A stretch of DNA of 64,000 nt, from positions 1 through 64,000 of the forward strand of contig JAXLNO010000226.1 in NCBI GenBank assembly GCA_038087875.1. The letters are read 5' to 3'. The notes under the pieces were generated by a model. The model worked only from the letters and a program-made list of their open reading frames with translations. It did no database searches and was not told the DNA's origin. The stretch is from Malacoraja senta (taxonomy: Eukaryota). The position numbers and the translations under genes are program-made. Positions 60,954-64,000 of the stretch are shown piece after piece (the first letter of the stretch is position 1; each line of letters opens with the position of its first letter).

Positions 60954-62812
60954 GGATTAATTTGCTGGAAACAGGCCCTTCAGCCCACCGAGTCTACGCC
61001 GACCAACAATCGCACTGTACACTCTACGCACTCGGGAACAATTTGCAGAGGGCCAATTAACCTACAAACCCGCATGTCTGTGAGATGTGAGAGAAAACCG
61101 GAGCACCAGGAGGAAACCCACGCAGGTCACGGGGAGAATGTACAAACTCAGTACAGACAGCACCTGTGGTCAGGATCGAACCCGGGTCTCCGGCGCTGTG
61201 AGGTAGCAACTCTACCGCTGTGTGCCATCCAACTCTATGCACTATCCAGTTAGCTAAAAGACTACATGATTACAATCAAGCTGGAAGGGCCAAATGGCCT
61301 ACTCCTGCACCTATTGTCTATTGTCCACAGTGCAGATACAGGACGAATGGTATCATGTTTAGTGCCAGATAAAGTCCAGTAAAGTCCGATTAAAGACAGT
61401 CCAAGAGTCTCCAACGAGGTAGAAGGGAGTCAGAACCACTCTCTAGTTGTTGGTAGGATGGTTCAGTTGCCTGAACAGCTGGGAAGAAACTGTCCCTGAA
61501 TCTGGAGGTGTGCGTTTTCACACTTCTGCACCTCTTGCCTGATGGGAGTTCTATGTTCTGTCACGTGCAATAGACAACCAATACCAAAAGTAGATGCAAA
61601 ATACTGGAGTAACTCAGCGGGTCAGGCAGCATCTGTGGAGAACATGGATAGGTGACGTTTCACAGAGTGCTGGAGTAACTCAGCGGGTCAGGCAGCATCT
61701 GTGGAGAACATGGATAGGTGACGTTTCGGGTCTGGACCCTTCTTCAGACTGATTGGGGGGGGGGGGGGAAGGAACTGTATTTCTTTGCTATTACATCTTG
61801 TCTGCTCCACTGTGAAATCTCCTCAGGTTCCTTCCTCCTGCAATCAGCCTGAAGAATAGTCTCGACCCGAAATGTCACCTGTCCAGTTCTCCAGAGATGC
61901 TGCCTGGCAGCTTAGTTACTGCAGCATTTAATGTCGATCTTTGGTATAAAGCAACATCTGCAGTTCATTTTTATTACCACTTCAAACGGGACGGTGGCGC
62001 AGCGGTAGAGTTGCTGCCTCACAGCATTTCAGCGGCAGAGACCCCGGGTCCGATCCTGACTACGGGTGCTGTCTGTACGGAGTTTGTACGTTCTCCCCGT
62101 GTCCTGCGTGGGTTTACTCCGAGATCTTCAGTTTCCTCCCACACCCCAAAGACGTACAGGTTTGTAGGTTACTTGGCCTTGGTGTAAAGTTTAAGAAAGA
62201 ACTGCAGATGCTGGAAAAATCGAAGGTCGATAAAAATGCTGGAGAAACTCAGCGGGTGAGGCAGCATCTATGGAGCGAAGGAATAGGTGACGCTTCCGGT
62301 CGAGACCCTTCTTCAGACTGATGTGGGGGATGGGGGGCGGGAAGAAGAAAGGAAGAGGCAGAGACAGTGGGCTGTGGGAGAGCTGGGAAGGGGAGGGGAA
62401 GGAGGGAGAAAGCAAGGGACTACCTGAATTCAGAATTCTTCTCTCTTCGGAAGAAGGGTCTCGAATTGGCGACGTTTCGGGTCGAGACCCTTCTTCTTCA
62501 GACTTCTTCGTTCTTCGGAAGAAGGGTCTCGAATTGGCGACGTTTCGGGTCGAGACCCTTCTTCTTCCGAAGAAGGGCCTCGACCCGAGACGTCACCCAT
62601 TCCTTCGCTCCATTGATGCTGCCTCACCTGCTGAGTTTCTCCAGCATTTTTGTCTACCTTTGGCTTGATGTAAATGTGAATTGTCCCCAGTGTGGGTAGG
62701 ATAGCGTTAGTGTGTGGGGGATCGCTGGTAGGCACAGACTGGGTGGGCCGTATCGTTAAAACTAAAAAAGAACAATAACTAACGACTTTCACGGTGGCTG
62801 ACGTGCACTCAC

Positions 62813-62977
62813 TCTGAGTGTGTGGTCCTGGCTACCTGTCACCACACGGCCAGCCGCAGCTTCAGGACCGTGATGGGCTCCTGATGCGCACAGGGAACGG
62901 CGTGGGTCAGCTGGCAAACAATGAGATCGTCACTGCTGAAAACTGGCGATGATGGAATGCTGGACCTGTTGGGGTCC
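62813..62977 (-). CDS. SCAP: SCAP exon with apparent single-base deletion(s)
   Basis: PNRSSIPSSPVFSSDDLIVCQLTHAVPCAHQEPITVL[-1]AAAGRVVTGSQDHTLR. CAG acceptor at 62978-62980, GTGAGT donor. Confidence 0.9.
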
Positions 62978-63039
62978 CTGCAAATAGAAAAGTTAGTGAA
63001 GCCAGTGTGGAATTATACTGTGATTTAATAATGTATATA

Positions 63040-63457
63040 AGTAAGTAAGTAAGTAAGTAAGTTTATTGGCCAAGTATTCACATACAAGGAATACCCACAA
63101 GTAACAACATGACATACAGTGACAGTTACGAATGACTCAGAAAACACTAAATATTAATAATAATAAAACATTAATGACAAAACACCATTGATCAAGCATG
63201 TGAACCAACAAAATACCAGATCAAAGGGAGGCTACAGATTTTTGGCTGTGGTGTAGAGCAACTACTCGTGGATAAAAACTGTTTTTATGTCTGGCTGTGG
63301 CGGCTTTGACAGTCCGGAGTCGCCTTCCAGAGGGAAGTGATTCAAAGAGTTTGTGGCCAGGGTGAGAGGGGTCAGAGATGATCTTACCCGCTCGCTTCCT
63401 GGCCCTTGCAGTGTACAGTTCATCAATGGGGGAAAGGTTGCAGCCAATAACCTTCTC
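63040..63457 (-). mobile_element. Rex1/Babar-like LINE 3' fragment
   Basis: EKVIGCNLSPIDELYTARARKRAGKIISDPSHPGHKLFESLPSGRRLR...SFYP; (CTTA)n tail. Confidence 0.8.
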
Positions 63458-63584
63458 TATGTACATAGAATTAGTGAACCCAGTGTGGAATCACCCATGG
63501 TCTGTCATGACCGAGGGGGGGCCTACTATGTACATAGAGTTAGTGAACCCAGTGTGGAATTAAACTGGGATGTATTTGGACAAA

Positions 63585-63803
63585 GGAATTAAATGTAACA
63601 ATTTAGACGAGGGAATTAAAAGTAACATCTCCAAGTTTGCGGATGACACAAAGCTGGGCGGCAGTGTGAGCTGCGAGGAGGATGCTATGAGGCTGCAGGG
63701 TGACTTGGGTGAGCGGGCAGATGCATGGCAGATGCAGTATAATGTGGATAAATGTGAGGTTGGTGGCAAGAACAAGGCGGCAGATTATTATCTGAATGGT
63801 GTA
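63585..63803 (+). mobile_element. CR1 RT fragment
   Basis: ISKFADDTKLGGSV...WQMQYNVDKCEV. Confidence 0.8.
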
Positions 63804-64000
63804 AGAAAGATTTGCAGATGCTGGATTAAATCAAAGGTAGACACAAAATGCTGGAGTAACTCAGCGGGTGAGGCAGCATCTCTGGAGAGAAGGAATGGGC
63901 GACGTTTCAGGTCGAGACCTTTCTTCAGACTCTGACTGGTGGCAGATTAGGAGAAGGGGAGGTGCAACGAAACCTGGGTGTCATTGTATATCAGTCACTG

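Overview
Eukaryotic, repeat-rich vertebrate DNA. It is most likely from a cartilaginous fish (skate/ray/shark), inferred from the HE1/V-SINE and CR1 repeat content. The window holds parts of two genes. (1) PTPN23/HD-PTP: 14 consecutive Bro1/V-domain exons (equivalent to human exons 2-15) lie on the MINUS strand at 79-24321, while the last two coding exons lie on the PLUS strand at 37999-38112 and 44038-44613. A 200-N gap (35870-36069) separates the two parts, so the left contig is probably mis-oriented. (2) SCAP: the last four WD40 exons lie on the minus strand at 57666-62977, convergent with the PTPN23 3' end as in mammals. Introns are filled with CR1, Rex1/Babar, Tx1 and Penelope (GIY-YIG) fragments, tRNA-derived SINEs, a Tc1 remnant, Harbinger-type MITEs and microsatellites. 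The most notable find is a ~140-nt short retroelement (2 full and 2 partial copies). Its 5' end is a 54-nt HDV/CPEB3-like ribozyme fold that starts exactly at the target-site duplication, and it ends in a (GAA)n tail. Other observations: hammerhead-core motifs in Penelope termini, a GC-AG intron, and single-base frameshifts in one PTPN23 exon and one SCAP exon. Gene identities come from my recall of the vertebrate proteins, not from a database search. Repeat boundaries are approximate and the repeat list is representative, not exhaustive.
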